Shown: positions 9,366-19,766, counted from the first letter of the stretch. The stretch: DNA of 44,299 nt from Deltaproteobacteria bacterium (GCA_038041305.1 JBBTGV010000013.1:5510-49808), one strand, 5' to 3'. Notes: generated from the letters alone by a model not told the origin. A program made the numbers and translations.

Positions 9366-10112
9366 TCAGGCGCCAAGCGTCTTTTTAAGCCTTGCCTTAA
9401 GCCTGTGCATGGTCTGCGAGTGAAGCTGACAGACCCTTGATTCCGTAATCTCAAGGACCTTGCCGATCTCCTTCAGGGTGAGCTCGTCATAATAATAAAG
9501 CGAGACTATCAGCTTTTCCTTCTCAGGCAGGCCCTCAACCGCCTCCGCCACCCGCCTCTTTATCTGATTAAGCTTGGCAACCGCCATAGGGTCTTTGCCC
9601 TCCGGGTCTTTTATGCATTCAAGTATGTCCATGCCCTCGTCATGGTTTACCCCTATATCCTCAAGGCTAAATACGCTCAACGCGCTTACCTCGCTCAGGA
9701 TTGAATGCAGGTCGTCAATGGAGATGCCTAAGAAATTCGCAACCTCGTCCGTCTCGGCGGGCCTTCCCGTCTTTTTCTCAACCGCCATAAACGCCTTCTC
9801 AAGCTGGTTTGACTTATCCCTCATGGAGCGGGTCATCCAATCCATGCTCCTCAGCTCGTCCATTATGGCGCCCCTTACCCTGATGGATGCGTAGGTGTTG
9901 AACTGAACCCCCTTTGACACGTCAAACCTGTCAATCGCCTCAAGCAGCCCTATGGTCCCGGCGCTCATGAGATCGTTTACGTCAATGTGCGGCGGCAGGT
10001 TCATCGCCACCTGATACGCGATTATCTTGACAATGTGCAGATTGTCAATAAGCAGCTTGTCCCTTTCCGGTTTCTTAAGTGATGAGGCCTTCGGCGTCTT
10101 TGTATTTATCAT
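9366..10112 (-). CDS. fliA: Flagellar sigma factor FliA (sigma28)
   Basis: YASIRVRGAIMDELRSMDW and LYYYDELTLKEIGKVLEITESRVCQLHSQ motifs. Confidence 0.97.
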   Translation of the reverse strand: MINTKTPKASSLKKPERDKLLIDNLHIVKIIAYQVAMNLPPHIDVNDLMSAGTIGLLEAIDRFDVSKGVQFNTYASIRVRGAIMDELRSMDWMTRSMRDKSNQLEKAFMAVEKKTGRPAETDEVANFLGISIDDLHSILSEVSALSVFSLEDIGVNHDEGMDILECIKDPEGKDPMAVAKLNQIKRRVAEAVEGLPEKEKLIVSLYYYDELTLKEIGKVLEITESRVCQLHSQTMHRLKARLKKTLGA

Positions 10113-10161
10113 GTCTTCACCCGCTTTCTTAAAGTTGTCCAGCTCCCTGTCCTATAATGCC

Positions 10162-11040
10162 CTACCACACCCTGCCCAAAACCTGCCTCCAGAAAAACTG
10201 CATGCCGCCCTTCAGGTCTTTTTTAGCGGGCAGCGCCCACAGCTCCCTTGCTATCTCCTCGTAGCAAACGCTCGCCTTTGAGTTCGGATAGATCTCCATG
10301 ACGGATTTCTGTCTTAAAACGGACTTCGTGACATTCTCGTCGTAAAGCACGCACCCCAGATAATCAACCGAGACATTAAGGAACCTCTGGGCCGCGAGGC
10401 TTAATTTCCTGTAGACCTCAAGCCCTTCCCTTCTTGACCTCACCGTGTTTACAAGGAGCCTGAAACTCTGCTCCCCGTGCTTTTTATAAAGCACCTTCAT
10501 AAGGGCGTATGCGTCGGTCAGGGAGGTCGGCTCAGGGGACACGACCACGACTATCTCATGCGCGGCGACGTTGAAGAAAAGCACATTGCTTGATATCCCG
10601 GCGCCCGTGTCTATTATCATGACGTCAATCTCCGTGGAGAGGTTTTCAAGGTGCGTCATAAGGCCAAGCCTTTCCTCTGTCCCGAGGTTGGTAAGCTCCT
10701 GCACGCCTGAGCTCGCGGGCAGTATCATTATGCCCTGAGGCCCCTCAACCATTACCTCCGAAAGCGTTTTCTCTCCCCTTAAAAGATGGCCTATATTGTA
10801 CTTCGGGGCAAGCCCGAGGAGCACGTCAACATTCCCAAGGCCCAGATCTGCGTCCAGAAGAAGCACCTTCTTGCGCATCCTTGAAAAGGCGACAGCAAGG
10901 TTTACGGTTGAATTAGTCTTGCCTACCCCGCCCTTGCCGCTGCTTATGGCTATCACCCTTGTGGAGGCCGCCACGCTCCCGCGCCCCGCGGTCTCGCGCC
11001 CGTCCAGCATCTGCCCCCTTAGACCTGCCGCCTGATCCAT
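10162..11040 (-). CDS. flhG: MinD-like ATPase FlhG/FleN
   Basis: N-terminal DQAAGLR motif, deviant Walker A SGKGGVGKT, DADLGLGN, PEPTSLTDAY and a C-terminal amphipathic helix. Follows flhF. Confidence 0.95.
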   Translation of the reverse strand: MDQAAGLRGQMLDGRETAGRGSVAASTRVIAISSGKGGVGKTNSTVNLAVAFSRMRKKVLLLDADLGLGNVDVLLGLAPKYNIGHLLRGEKTLSEVMVEGPQGIMILPASSGVQELTNLGTEERLGLMTHLENLSTEIDVMIIDTGAGISSNVLFFNVAAHEIVVVVSPEPTSLTDAYALMKVLYKKHGEQSFRLLVNTVRSRREGLEVYRKLSLAAQRFLNVSVDYLGCVLYDENVTKSVLRQKSVMEIYPNSKASVCYEEIARELWALPAKKDLKGGMQFFWRQVLGRVW

Positions 11041-11101
11041 TTTTTTATTTCTCCGTTTTCTTTATTTTTGACGCCCTTACCGCGGGCCGTTGATAAACGC
11101 A

Positions 11102-12172
11102 TTACGCCGGAAGCATGAAATTAATGAGCCTCTCCTTAGTCGCCGGCTCTATGTCGTCCGGCACGCCCTGGCCGGTTGAAAGATAGCTGACGGGCTTTCT
11201 TGCGAGTATGGCCGCGTTAAGCACGGAGCCGCGCCGGGATGCCTCGTCAAGGTGCGTAAACACAAGCGAATCTATCGGCAGGGGCGAAAACCCGCGCAGA
11301 TTGTCATAGAGGCACTCGTCCCTGCCCTGTGCGTTTAACACAAGGTTAAAGCGTATCTTCGGGTTCAGCCGGGAAAGCTCGCCAAGGTCTTTTAAATGGG
11401 CATTGTCTTTTATGGTCCTGCCCGCGGTGTCTATGAATACGGTATCCTTGTCGTCGTGCGCCTTTAGAAGCAATTGAAAATCACCGGCGCCCCTTAAAAC
11501 CTCCACCGGCACGCCCATTATCCTGCCGTAAAGCTTCATCTGCTCCGCGGCCGCTATCCTGTAGGTGTCCATCGTAAAAAGCGCGATCTTTTTCCTCCTC
11601 TTGACCGCCTGAAGCGCGGCAAGTTTCGCGATGGTCGTCGTCTTTCCGACGCCGGGAGGGCCGATGAACGCGACAATTGACCTGCCTGAGAGCGGGTCGG
11701 CCACGCTTAATTTTTCATTAACCCTGTCTCTTACGCACGACCTGACGTAGCTCAAATCCTTTATCTTGTCCGCCTGAACGCCCTTAATGGTGTTCAGAAG
11801 CACCTTCTCGGCGAGCCTTTCGTCTATGCCGCTCTCAAGCATCTCCTTCTTAATCCTTAAAAAAACATCGGAGGCGGGCGAGCCTTCACTTTTAAATACG
11901 CTCCACATGAGTTCCTTAAGCTCCCTAAGCTCCTTCAGCTCCTTTTCAATTGACGCGTGCGTCTCGCCCTTTGGGGCCCCCGCGTTGGAAACTACCCCTG
12001 CCCTGTTGATCTTCAGTGGCTCGGCGAGGTCGTAATCCATCGCGGCGACTATCTCGGCGTGCGCGGGGCCGTGGGTCTTTGTCTCAAGGATAAGGGCCCC
12101 CGCGCCGAACTCCTTTTTTACCGCGTTCATCGCCAGCTTAAGCGTTGGGGCGTTGAATCTTTTGATATGCAT
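11102..12172 (-). CDS. flhF: SRP-family GTPase FlhF
   Basis: N-terminal IKRFNAPTLKLAMNAVKKEFG; GPPGVGKTTT, DTYRIAAAEQ, DTAG and GQGVPDDI motifs. G4 motif reads THLD. Confidence 0.95.
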   Translation of the reverse strand: MHIKRFNAPTLKLAMNAVKKEFGAGALILETKTHGPAHAEIVAAMDYDLAEPLKINRAGVVSNAGAPKGETHASIEKELKELRELKELMWSVFKSEGSPASDVFLRIKKEMLESGIDERLAEKVLLNTIKGVQADKIKDLSYVRSCVRDRVNEKLSVADPLSGRSIVAFIGPPGVGKTTTIAKLAALQAVKRRKKIALFTMDTYRIAAAEQMKLYGRIMGVPVEVLRGAGDFQLLLKAHDDKDTVFIDTAGRTIKDNAHLKDLGELSRLNPKIRFNLVLNAQGRDECLYDNLRGFSPLPIDSLVFTHLDEASRRGSVLNAAILARKPVSYLSTGQGVPDDIEPATKERLINFMLPA

Positions 12173-12227
12173 GTCGCACCTCTTTATGTTTGAATATTAT
12201 AATCTCCCCGCGAGCCCCGCGGGCAGA

Positions 12228-14312
12228 CTACATCTTTACCATCTTTAACGTCTGAACCCTTATGTTGCTCGCAACCTCGTTGTGCGAAAGGACGGCAACC
12301 GTCGGGAAGGCCCTCTCCGTAAGCCTTCTCACGAACCTCCTTGTCTGGTGCGACACAAGCAGGAGGGGCTGGTGGCCCTTTGCGACCACGTCCTCAAAAC
12401 CCTCCTTAAGCCGCGCGATTATCCTCTGCGCAACGGCCGGCTCTATGCTTATAAACGACCCCTGCGGGGTTTCATGTATGGACTTCTGTATGGCGTCCTC
12501 TATCTCCTGACTGAGCGCGACAACCTGCAGCACGCCGTCATGGTTCTGGTATGCCCTTGAGATCTGGCGCGCAAGGTTCATCCTCGCGTATTCCGTCAAG
12601 AGGTCCGCGTCCTTCGTCATTGTACCGTAGTCCGCAAGCGTCTCAAGTATGCCCTGGATATCGCGTATTGAAACCCTTTCCTTAAGAAGGTTGTGAAGCA
12701 CCTTCTGTATGACGCCGAGGCTTAAGATCGCCGGGGTGATCTCCTCAACCACCTTCGGATGGCTCTTTGAAACCCTGTCAAGCAGCCCCTGAACCTCCTG
12801 CCTGCCGAGTATCTCGTGGGCGTGCATCTTCAAGACCTCTGTTACGTGCGTCGCCACGACGGCGGAGTGGCTCACGACCGTGTAGCCCATAAGCTGCGCC
12901 CTCTCGCCGAGCGAGTCCGAGACCCATTTCGCTGGCAGCCCGAACGCGGGGTCCGTCGTGGCCACCCCCTCAAGGCCCTGTTTCGCGTTGCCCGGGTCTA
13001 TTGCAAGGGAATGTCCGGTCAGGAGTTCGCCCCTGGCCACCTCTATGCCCTTTACGAGGAACAGATACTCGGTCGGCTTAAGCTGGAGATTGTCCTTTAT
13101 GTGTATGGGGGGGACAAAAAGGCCTATCTCCTCCGCGAACTGCTTTCTTATGGCCTTTATCCTCTCAAGGAGCTCTCCGCCCTCAGTAGAATCCACGAGT
13201 GGGATAAGCCTGTAGCCGACCTCAAGCCCGAGCGGGTCAACAAGCTGTATCTCATCCACGAGCTCCTTCTTCGGCGCCACCTTCTGGGCCGCCGCGGCCT
13301 CTTTATCCAGCTCGGCCTTTTCCTTTTTCTCAAGCTCCATATTCAACACGATGTATCCGAGCCCGCCTGTTGCGGCGGCGAGAACAAAGAACGCGAAGTG
13401 CGGCAGCCCTGGTATGAGGCCGAACACGAAGATTATCGCCGCGGCGATGAATATGGGCTTGGGCTGGACGGTAAACTGCCTGCCGATGCTCGCTGAAAGC
13501 CCGTCCTCCGCGGTAACGTTTGAGACGACGAGGCCCGCCGCGGTTGAAATAATGAGGGCCGGTATCTGCGCGACAAGCCCGTCTCCTATGGTCAAAAGAG
13601 TGTAAATCTTGGCGGCCTCTCCCACGTCAAGGCCCTGCTGAACGACCCCAAGGATAAGCCCGCCCACGATATTTATGACGGTTATCAGGATGCCCGCGAC
13701 CGCATCGCCCCTTACGAACTTGCTTGCGCCGTCCATGGCGCCGTAAAAATCCGCCTCACGGGCTATGACCCCTCTCCTCCTCCTTGCGTCGTCCTCTCCT
13801 ATAAGACCCGCGTTGAGGTCCGCGTCAATGGCCATCTGCTTTCCGGGCATCGCGTCCAGCGTGAACCTCGCGGCAACCTCAGCTATCCTGCCGGCGCCCT
13901 TTGTGATGACGACGAAGTTTATGATTACGAGGATCGCGAACACTATGAAGCCGACCGCGTAATTCCCCCCGACTACGAAATTGCCGAACGATTTGATGAC
14001 CTGACCCGCGGCATCGGGGCCGTCCGCGCCGTGCAGCAGTATCCTCCTTGTTGAGGCGACGTTAAGGGAAAGCCTGAAAAGCGTCGTAAGAAGAAGCACG
14101 GTCGGGAAGGTTGAAAAATCAAGCGGCTTTGTAATGTAAACCGAGACGAGCAGTATCAATATCGCGACCGTGATGTTGAAGGTGAGAAGCAGATCCAGCA
14201 GGACCGGCGGCAGCGGCAGTATCATGACGACAAGCACGCCCACTATGCCGACCGGCAGCAGGTACTCCGAGCCCCGTCTAAGCCTCATTATGTTTTCAGC
14301 GGCATTGGCCAT
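12228..14312 (-). CDS. flhA: Flagellar export gate protein FlhA
   Basis: RIAEVAARFTLDAMPGKQMAIDADLNAG and DFYGAMDGASKFVRGDA signature. Confidence 0.98.
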   Translation of the reverse strand: MANAAENIMRLRRGSEYLLPVGIVGVLVVMILPLPPVLLDLLLTFNITVAILILLVSVYITKPLDFSTFPTVLLLTTLFRLSLNVASTRRILLHGADGPDAAGQVIKSFGNFVVGGNYAVGFIVFAILVIINFVVITKGAGRIAEVAARFTLDAMPGKQMAIDADLNAGLIGEDDARRRRGVIAREADFYGAMDGASKFVRGDAVAGILITVINIVGGLILGVVQQGLDVGEAAKIYTLLTIGDGLVAQIPALIISTAAGLVVSNVTAEDGLSASIGRQFTVQPKPIFIAAAIIFVFGLIPGLPHFAFFVLAAATGGLGYIVLNMELEKKEKAELDKEAAAAQKVAPKKELVDEIQLVDPLGLEVGYRLIPLVDSTEGGELLERIKAIRKQFAEEIGLFVPPIHIKDNLQLKPTEYLFLVKGIEVARGELLTGHSLAIDPGNAKQGLEGVATTDPAFGLPAKWVSDSLGERAQLMGYTVVSHSAVVATHVTEVLKMHAHEILGRQEVQGLLDRVSKSHPKVVEEITPAILSLGVIQKVLHNLLKERVSIRDIQGILETLADYGTMTKDADLLTEYARMNLARQISRAYQNHDGVLQVVALSQEIEDAIQKSIHETPQGSFISIEPAVAQRIIARLKEGFEDVVAKGHQPLLLVSHQTRRFVRRLTERAFPTVAVLSHNEVASNIRVQTLKMVKM

Positions 14313-14324
14313 GGTATTCCTTGT

Positions 14325-15386
14325 TTACGCGACGGATTTCCTCTTAAGCCTGTAGACATAGGCCAGGACCTCGGCCACGGCCTTGTACAGGCTTACGGGT
14401 ATCTCCATGCCGACCTCTACGAGCTTGTACAGGCCCTGCGCGAGGGGCTTGTTCTCCAGCACCGGCACATTGTGTTTTCTTGCGATCTCCTTTATCTTCT
14501 CAGCCAGGTGCCCGGCGCCTTTTGCGATGACCTTCGGGGCATTGGCCTCTTTCCTGTCATACGCGATGGCGACCGCGAGGTGGGTCGGGTTTGTCACGAC
14601 AAAATCCGCCTTCGGGACATTCTGCATCATCCTTTTCCTCGCGAGGTCCCTCTGGATGGTGCGGATGCGGGATTTGACTATCGGGTCTCCCTCCATCTCC
14701 CGTGCCTCCTCCTTTATCTCGTCGCGCGACATCTTTAGGCCCCTCTGGAACTCCCACCTCTGATACACATAATCCAGAACCGCTATCACCGCCAGCACCC
14801 AGACCGTCTTAACCATTATTGAGAAACTTACCCTTGCTATGTAGTAGAGGGACGCGGCAACCTCCATATCCACGAGAAACGGCATGTTCAGCCATTCCTT
14901 CTTTACATTCACATACACGACATAGCTCAGGATGGATACCTTTACGATGGACTTAAAGACCTCAACGACCGACTTGAGCGAAAAAAGCCTCTGAAACCCG
15001 GGTATGGGGTTTATCCTCTCCATGTCCGGCTCAAAGGGCTTGCCGGAAAAACCGAATCCCGTCTGGGCGAGATAGCTGATTGCCCCGAAAAGAGGGATGG
15101 CCAGTATAGGCGCGACAATCACAAGGAACTTTAACGATACGTGCTTAAAAAGCTCAAACGCGGACTCCGCCGTGAGCTCCGCCCTAAACGGCGCGAAAGA
15201 CGACCTCATGAACTCGGCCACCCCCGTGGTCATCCAGAGCCCGGCGAAATAAAAGACGATAAGCGCGCCGAGCATTACGAGGAAGGAGCTTAACTCTTTT
15301 GATACCGCGTATTTTCCCTCCTGACGCGCCTCGTCAAGCCTTCGCGAGGTGGGTTGTTCTGTTTTTTCCTGATCGTTTTCAGCCAT
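14325..15386 (-). CDS. flhB: Flagellar export protein FlhB
   Basis: EKTEQPTSRR N-terminus and VVTNPTHLAVA autocleavage motif. Confidence 0.98.
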   Translation of the reverse strand: MAENDQEKTEQPTSRRLDEARQEGKYAVSKELSSFLVMLGALIVFYFAGLWMTTGVAEFMRSSFAPFRAELTAESAFELFKHVSLKFLVIVAPILAIPLFGAISYLAQTGFGFSGKPFEPDMERINPIPGFQRLFSLKSVVEVFKSIVKVSILSYVVYVNVKKEWLNMPFLVDMEVAASLYYIARVSFSIMVKTVWVLAVIAVLDYVYQRWEFQRGLKMSRDEIKEEAREMEGDPIVKSRIRTIQRDLARKRMMQNVPKADFVVTNPTHLAVAIAYDRKEANAPKVIAKGAGHLAEKIKEIARKHNVPVLENKPLAQGLYKLVEVGMEIPVSLYKAVAEVLAYVYRLKRKSVA

Positions 15387-16158
15387 GGTTAGCCTGCCTC
15401 ATGAACACGAATATGCCTTCCCACATGACGTCAAATATCCTGAGCATGGAAGACTCAAATAAAGGCATTGATATCATAATCATGATAAGCCCCGCCGCGA
15501 TGGTTATGCCGAAGCCTATTACGAACATGTTCAACTGCGGCACCGTCCTTGCTATTACTCCCAATGCTATGTTTACGAAGATGAGTATCGCAACCACCGG
15601 GGCCGAGAGCTTGACCGCGAGCACGAACATCTCTTTTGAATAAAGCACTATCTGCTCCATGAGCGCCCCGTTGAGCCTGAACCCGTATGACGGTATGGAC
15701 TCAAAGCTCTTTTTTAACGCCATGATAACCATCAGGTGCCCGTTTACGCTTAAAAAAAGAAGAAGCGTCAAAAGGCTCATCAACCTGCCTATGACCGTCA
15801 CCTGCGCGCCGTGTATGGGGTCATAGACGTTCGCCATGCCGAGCCCCATCTGAAAGCTCGCGATCTGGCCAGCGAACTCCACGCCCGTGAAGATGAACCT
15901 GACGAGGAGCCCCATGGCAACCCCAAGCAGTATCTCGCCCGCGACGCCCAGGATGAGCGCGATCGCCGAGACCGGCATCGGCACGCTTGGTATAAGCGGG
16001 GTCAGCACCAGCGCCACGAGAAAGGAAAGCCCCATCTTGATATGCATCGGCACGTTGAATGCGCCGAATATCGGAGCGGCGAGAATGATCGCGGTCGTCC
16101 TTACGAACACGAAAAGGAATGTGGATGAATTGTTCAGGAGAAACTGGATTATCTCCAT
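15379..16158 (-). CDS. fliR: Flagellar export protein FliR
   Basis: Hydrophobic protein with AGQIASFQMGL, NGHL and ARTVPQLNMFVIG motifs. Confidence 0.96.
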   Translation of the reverse strand: MEIIQFLLNNSSTFLFVFVRTTAIILAAPIFGAFNVPMHIKMGLSFLVALVLTPLIPSVPMPVSAIALILGVAGEILLGVAMGLLVRFIFTGVEFAGQIASFQMGLGMANVYDPIHGAQVTVIGRLMSLLTLLLFLSVNGHLMVIMALKKSFESIPSYGFRLNGALMEQIVLYSKEMFVLAVKLSAPVVAILIFVNIALGVIARTVPQLNMFVIGFGITIAAGLIMIMISMPLFESSMLRIFDVMWEGIFVFMRQANHG

Positions 16159-16202
16159 TGGACGCGCCCCCCGCAGATTTTACGCAAAACCCAGGCCATC
16201 GC

Positions 16203-16472
16203 CTACCCCACGTAATTCGGTATGTTGGTTATAATCATGCTTGTAAACCCCATAATGATGTCAAGCATCCACGGAAAAAACAAAAGAAGCGCGAGGAACA
16301 CGACGATTATCTTGGGCACGAACGTCAAGGTCATCTCCTGTATCTGCGTTACCGCCTGGAATATGCTCACCAGGAGGCCAACCGCCATGACGATGATCAA
16401 TATGGGCGCGGAGATGAGCAGCACTATCTCTATGGTCTGTTTTCCCAATGTCGTGACGAATTCAGGCGTCAT
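16203..16472 (-). CDS. fliQ: Flagellar export protein FliQ
   Basis: GLLVSIFQAVTQIQEMTLTFVPK signature. Confidence 0.97.
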   Translation of the reverse strand: MTPEFVTTLGKQTIEIVLLISAPILIIVMAVGLLVSIFQAVTQIQEMTLTFVPKIIVVFLALLLFFPWMLDIIMGFTSMIITNIPNYVG

Positions 16473-16484
16473 TCTTATTCCCCC

Positions 16485-17264
16485 TTAGTGGAAGCTCTGC
16501 ACAAGAGAGCCAACGAGCAGATACCAGCCGTCAACCAGCACAAAAAGCATCAGCTTAAACGGAAGCGATATCATCACGGGCGGCAGCATCATCATGCCCA
16601 TTGACATCAATACGCTTGCAATCACCATGTCAATTACAAGGAACGGAAGGTATATGAGAAAGCCTATCTGGAATGCGGTCTTAAGCTCGCTTGTGACGAA
16701 TGCCGGTATTATCGCGATCGTGGAAATGTCGGATTTTGACTTCGGCGTCTCTGAATTGGAGAGCTTAAGGAACAGCTCTATGTCCTTCTGCCTCGTGTTC
16801 CTGAGCATGAATTCCCTTAAGGGATCAATGGCCTTTGCAAGGGCCGAACCCTGGGTTATTGCGCCCTGCATATAAGGCTTAAGCGCGTCTTCATTTATCT
16901 TGTTAAACGCGGGCGACATGATGAAAAACGTAAGGAACAGGGCAAGCCCTATTATCACCTGATTCGGGGGGGACTGCTGCACCCCGAGGGCCTGACGCAG
17001 TATTGAAAACACGATCACAAGCCTCGTAAACGACGTCATCATGAGGAGTATGGCCGGCGCAAGGGACAAGACCGTAAGAAGGAGCACGATCTGCACCGCT
17101 GTGGCTACCGAGTCCCTGCCCTCGCCGCCGCCGCCGAGCGTAAGAGACACCTTTGGAAGCGACAGGGGCTCCGCGGCGGCCCAAACAGCGGAAGGCAGAA
17201 GCAGTGCTGCGAGCGCCGCAACAAGGGATATCGTCAAAAAAATTACGGCAAAGGGCTTTTTCAT
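16485..17264 (-). CDS. fliP: Flagellar export protein FliP
   Basis: MMTSFTRLVIV, QQSPPNQV and MGMMMLPPVMISLPFKLMLFVLVDGW motifs. Start moved to ATG 17264 (MKKPFAV..., signal peptide) just after the fliO stop; the track start at 17360 overlaps fliO. Confidence 0.96.
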   Translation of the reverse strand: MKKPFAVIFLTISLVAALAALLLPSAVWAAAEPLSLPKVSLTLGGGGEGRDSVATAVQIVLLLTVLSLAPAILLMMTSFTRLVIVFSILRQALGVQQSPPNQVIIGLALFLTFFIMSPAFNKINEDALKPYMQGAITQGSALAKAIDPLREFMLRNTRQKDIELFLKLSNSETPKSKSDISTIAIIPAFVTSELKTAFQIGFLIYLPFLVIDMVIASVLMSMGMMMLPPVMISLPFKLMLFVLVDGWYLLVGSLVQSFH

Positions 17265-17268
17265 TTTG

Positions 17269-17613
17269 TCATCCGTTAAAAAAACCGAAGAGCGAGGTCT
17301 TTCTTGACCCTCCGATCTTCTTAAGCGCCTCAATGGCATCGGGATTTTCAAGCTTCGCAAGCATTGAGATTGAGTTCTGCGTTACGCCGAGCAGGAGCCA
17401 CTCGCCCGCGACCTCAACTATCGCGAGGTTTTTCTTCTGGCCCATGAAAAACGTGCTTACCACCCTTATTGGCGACTTAAGCCCCTGAATGCCCGCGCCG
17501 GCGCCCTTGTTCATGAAATATCTTAGGACCCACAGGAAGGCGAACATGAGGCCGAGGACGAACAAAAGCATAAGGAGCGCCTTTACGAGAAAATACAGAT
17601 AGGAGCCGTTCAT
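17269..17613 (-). CDS. fliO: Flagellar biogenesis protein FliO
   Basis: N-terminal transmembrane helix followed by IRVVSTFFMGQKKNLAIVEV...LLLGVT; lies between fliN and fliP. Confidence 0.9.
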   Translation of the reverse strand: MNGSYLYFLVKALLMLLFVLGLMFAFLWVLRYFMNKGAGAGIQGLKSPIRVVSTFFMGQKKNLAIVEVAGEWLLLGVTQNSISMLAKLENPDAIEALKKIGGSRKTSLFGFFNG

Positions 17614-18044
17614 TTAAGCTTGTTTATCCTTTCGCTCGGACTCACGATATCGGTCAGTTTCACGCCGAATTTTTCGTTGACTACCATCGCCTCGCCCCTT
17701 GCGACAAGCCTGTTGTTCACGAATATCTCAACAGGCTCGCCGGCGAGTTTCTCAAGCTCAACCACGGCGCCCTGACCGAGCTGGAGAAGCTCCTTGATCA
17801 TAATCCGCGCCCTCCCGAGCTCAACCGAGACCGTAACCGGTATGTCAAGTATCATGTCCATGTTCGTAACCGGACTTGAGGTCTCTGGCCTCAGTTGGTT
17901 GAATGTAGCCGGCCTTGCGTTGTCCTGCTTCTGCTTTTCGTCCTTTGCCTTTTTTTCCTCGGCAAAGGCCGCGCCCCACGGGTCGTCATTGGATGTCGCC
18001 CCGTTTTCAGCGCCTCCGGGTGTATTTCCCACATCTTCCGCCAT
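17610..18044 (-). CDS. fliN: Flagellar motor switch protein FliN
   Basis: DMILDIPVTVSVELG, LEKLAGEP and GEAMVVNEKFGV motifs. Confidence 0.97.
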   Translation of the reverse strand: MAEDVGNTPGGAENGATSNDDPWGAAFAEEKKAKDEKQKQDNARPATFNQLRPETSSPVTNMDMILDIPVTVSVELGRARIMIKELLQLGQGAVVELEKLAGEPVEIFVNNRLVARGEAMVVNEKFGVKLTDIVSPSERINKLK

Positions 18045-18062
18045 GGCTCTAACCTCCTTCCT

Positions 18063-19049
18063 TTATTGCCCTTCCTTTATTGCCGACAATATCTTCATCG
18101 CGTAATGGTTGTCTATGACCCCGGGCCGCGCAAGAAGCCTCGGCGCCCCGTCAATGAACACCTTTAGCGGGTCCCTTGACTTCTTGTCAAGCTCAATCAG
18201 GTCGCCCGGCTTGAGGTTCAACAGCTCCTGAACGTCAATCGTAGCCGTGCCTATCTCGCCTGAGATCCCAAGGGTCACATAGTCAAACTGCTCCCTGAGC
18301 CTCCCGCTCCACTTCTTGTCAACCTCCGCGGTTGCGGCCTTTTCCGTGCCGTACAACCTCTCCATGATAGGCTCAAGCATCGCATACGGGATGCAGAAGT
18401 GAAACCTGTTGCTTACCGCCTCTATCTCCATCCTGAACGTTGACACGAGCACAATCTCATTCTGCCCCGTGATATTCACGAAGTGCGGATTCATCTCGGC
18501 CCTCGTGAACCTGAAGTCAACCGGCGAGACGGTCTTCCAGACGCCGATCATCTCCTGAAAGATTATGTCAACGACCTTCCTTATCACGGACTGCTCAACC
18601 GAGGTGAAGTCCCGGCCTTCAACCCTTGTGTGGAACCTCCCGTCGCCTCCGAAGTAGCTGTCAACTATGAGGAACACGAGGCTTGGGTCTATTGCGAGGA
18701 GCGCATTGCCTTTAAGCGGCGACATGGTGAACACGTTAAGGCTTGAAGGCATATGCAGGTTTCTTATGAATTCCTCGTACTTCATCGCCTTTGTGCCGTC
18801 GGGGCTGCAGTCAATCTGCCTCCTCAAAAAATTAAACACAGAACCCCTTATGTTCCTGCAGAACCTCTCGTATATCATCTCAAGAAGAGGTATCTTTCCC
18901 CTTACCGCCTTTTCGGGGTTATGAAAGTCATACGCCCTTACGCCGGCGGCATCATCGGAGCCCCCGTCGCCCTCTGTTTTTATCTCTCCGTTTGAGAGTC
19001 CCTTGAGAAGGGCGTCAACCTCGCCCTGAGTAAGTATCTGCTCTGCCAT
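18063..19049 (-). CDS. fliM: Flagellar motor switch protein FliM
   Basis: ILTQGEVDALL CheY-binding peptide; YDF, EGRDFTSVEQ and EMNP motifs. Confidence 0.97.
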   Translation of the reverse strand: MAEQILTQGEVDALLKGLSNGEIKTEGDGGSDDAAGVRAYDFHNPEKAVRGKIPLLEMIYERFCRNIRGSVFNFLRRQIDCSPDGTKAMKYEEFIRNLHMPSSLNVFTMSPLKGNALLAIDPSLVFLIVDSYFGGDGRFHTRVEGRDFTSVEQSVIRKVVDIIFQEMIGVWKTVSPVDFRFTRAEMNPHFVNITGQNEIVLVSTFRMEIEAVSNRFHFCIPYAMLEPIMERLYGTEKAATAEVDKKWSGRLREQFDYVTLGISGEIGTATIDVQELLNLKPGDLIELDKKSRDPLKVFIDGAPRLLARPGVIDNHYAMKILSAIKEGQ

Positions 19050-19070
19050 GCTAAAAAATCCCCCGTGTTT

Positions 19071-19688
19071 TTACTGTATTACGAAATCCGTAAAATAAGC
19101 CGTCTTTACGTGGCTTTTCCTCAAAAACTGATTAACCCTCTCAACGACTTCATCCCTCATCTGATACTTTCCCTCAACCGTGCCTATGTCCGCGTAACTC
19201 TTGCTGCTTAAAAGCACGATAACCGCGTCCCGCACCTTTGCGGTCTGCGCCTCAAGCTCCTCTGTTGTCCCGTTGCCCGTAATCTCAAGATTTATGGTAA
19301 CCTTCAAATACCTTGTGCCTGAATTGTCCTGCAGGTTTACGACAAACGGGTCAAGTCCGAAGATCTGCCCTCCAAAACCCTTTTCAAGCGCCCCCTTGGG
19401 CTTTTCATCCTTGCCCTGCGAGGACCCGCCCCCTCCCCCATGAGACGGAGCTGGCTCTTCGTGCTTTGAGGCCTCTTCTTCTCCCTCTGCCTTTGGCTCT
19501 GATTTGCTCGCAAATACAAGATAACCCCCTGCGCCGATGCCAAGCACAAGCACCCCGGCTATTGCAATAACGAGGATCTTGTTGGCGAGGAGTTTTTTTA
19601 TCCCTGTTGCCGGTTGTTTGGCATCCTTGCCTTTTTCCTTATCATGTTCCTTTTCCTTATCCTTTTCCTTGGCTGTATCTTCCGCCAT
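19071..19688 (-). CDS. fliL: Flagellar basal body-associated protein FliL
   Basis: Single transmembrane helix; LDPFVVNL, RYLKV, VRDAVI and YFTDFVIQ motifs. Start moved to ATG 19688, which has a CAGGAGGT RBS. Confidence 0.95.
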   Translation of the reverse strand: MAEDTAKEKDKEKEHDKEKGKDAKQPATGIKKLLANKILVIAIAGVLVLGIGAGGYLVFASKSEPKAEGEEEASKHEEPAPSHGGGGGSSQGKDEKPKGALEKGFGGQIFGLDPFVVNLQDNSGTRYLKVTINLEITGNGTTEELEAQTAKVRDAVIVLLSSKSYADIGTVEGKYQMRDEVVERVNQFLRKSHVKTAYFTDFVIQ

Positions 19689-19766
19689 GTCTGCTACCTC
19701 CTGACTTAAGATGAAAAAGCATGAGTTGCTTGCGATATTCAATATTAAAAGGCTATTTTAGCTTAT

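Noticed and set aside
12207-12223. GC hairpin CCCGCG-N5-CGCGGG after flhA
   Set aside because: Six-bp stem without a U-tract, inside an apparent operon; not a convincing terminator.
19625-19670. Quasi-repeat (CCTTTTCCTTAT-like) in fliL
   Set aside because: Encodes a charged low-complexity tail (KEKDKEKEHDKEKGKD); not a DNA repeat element or CRISPR array.
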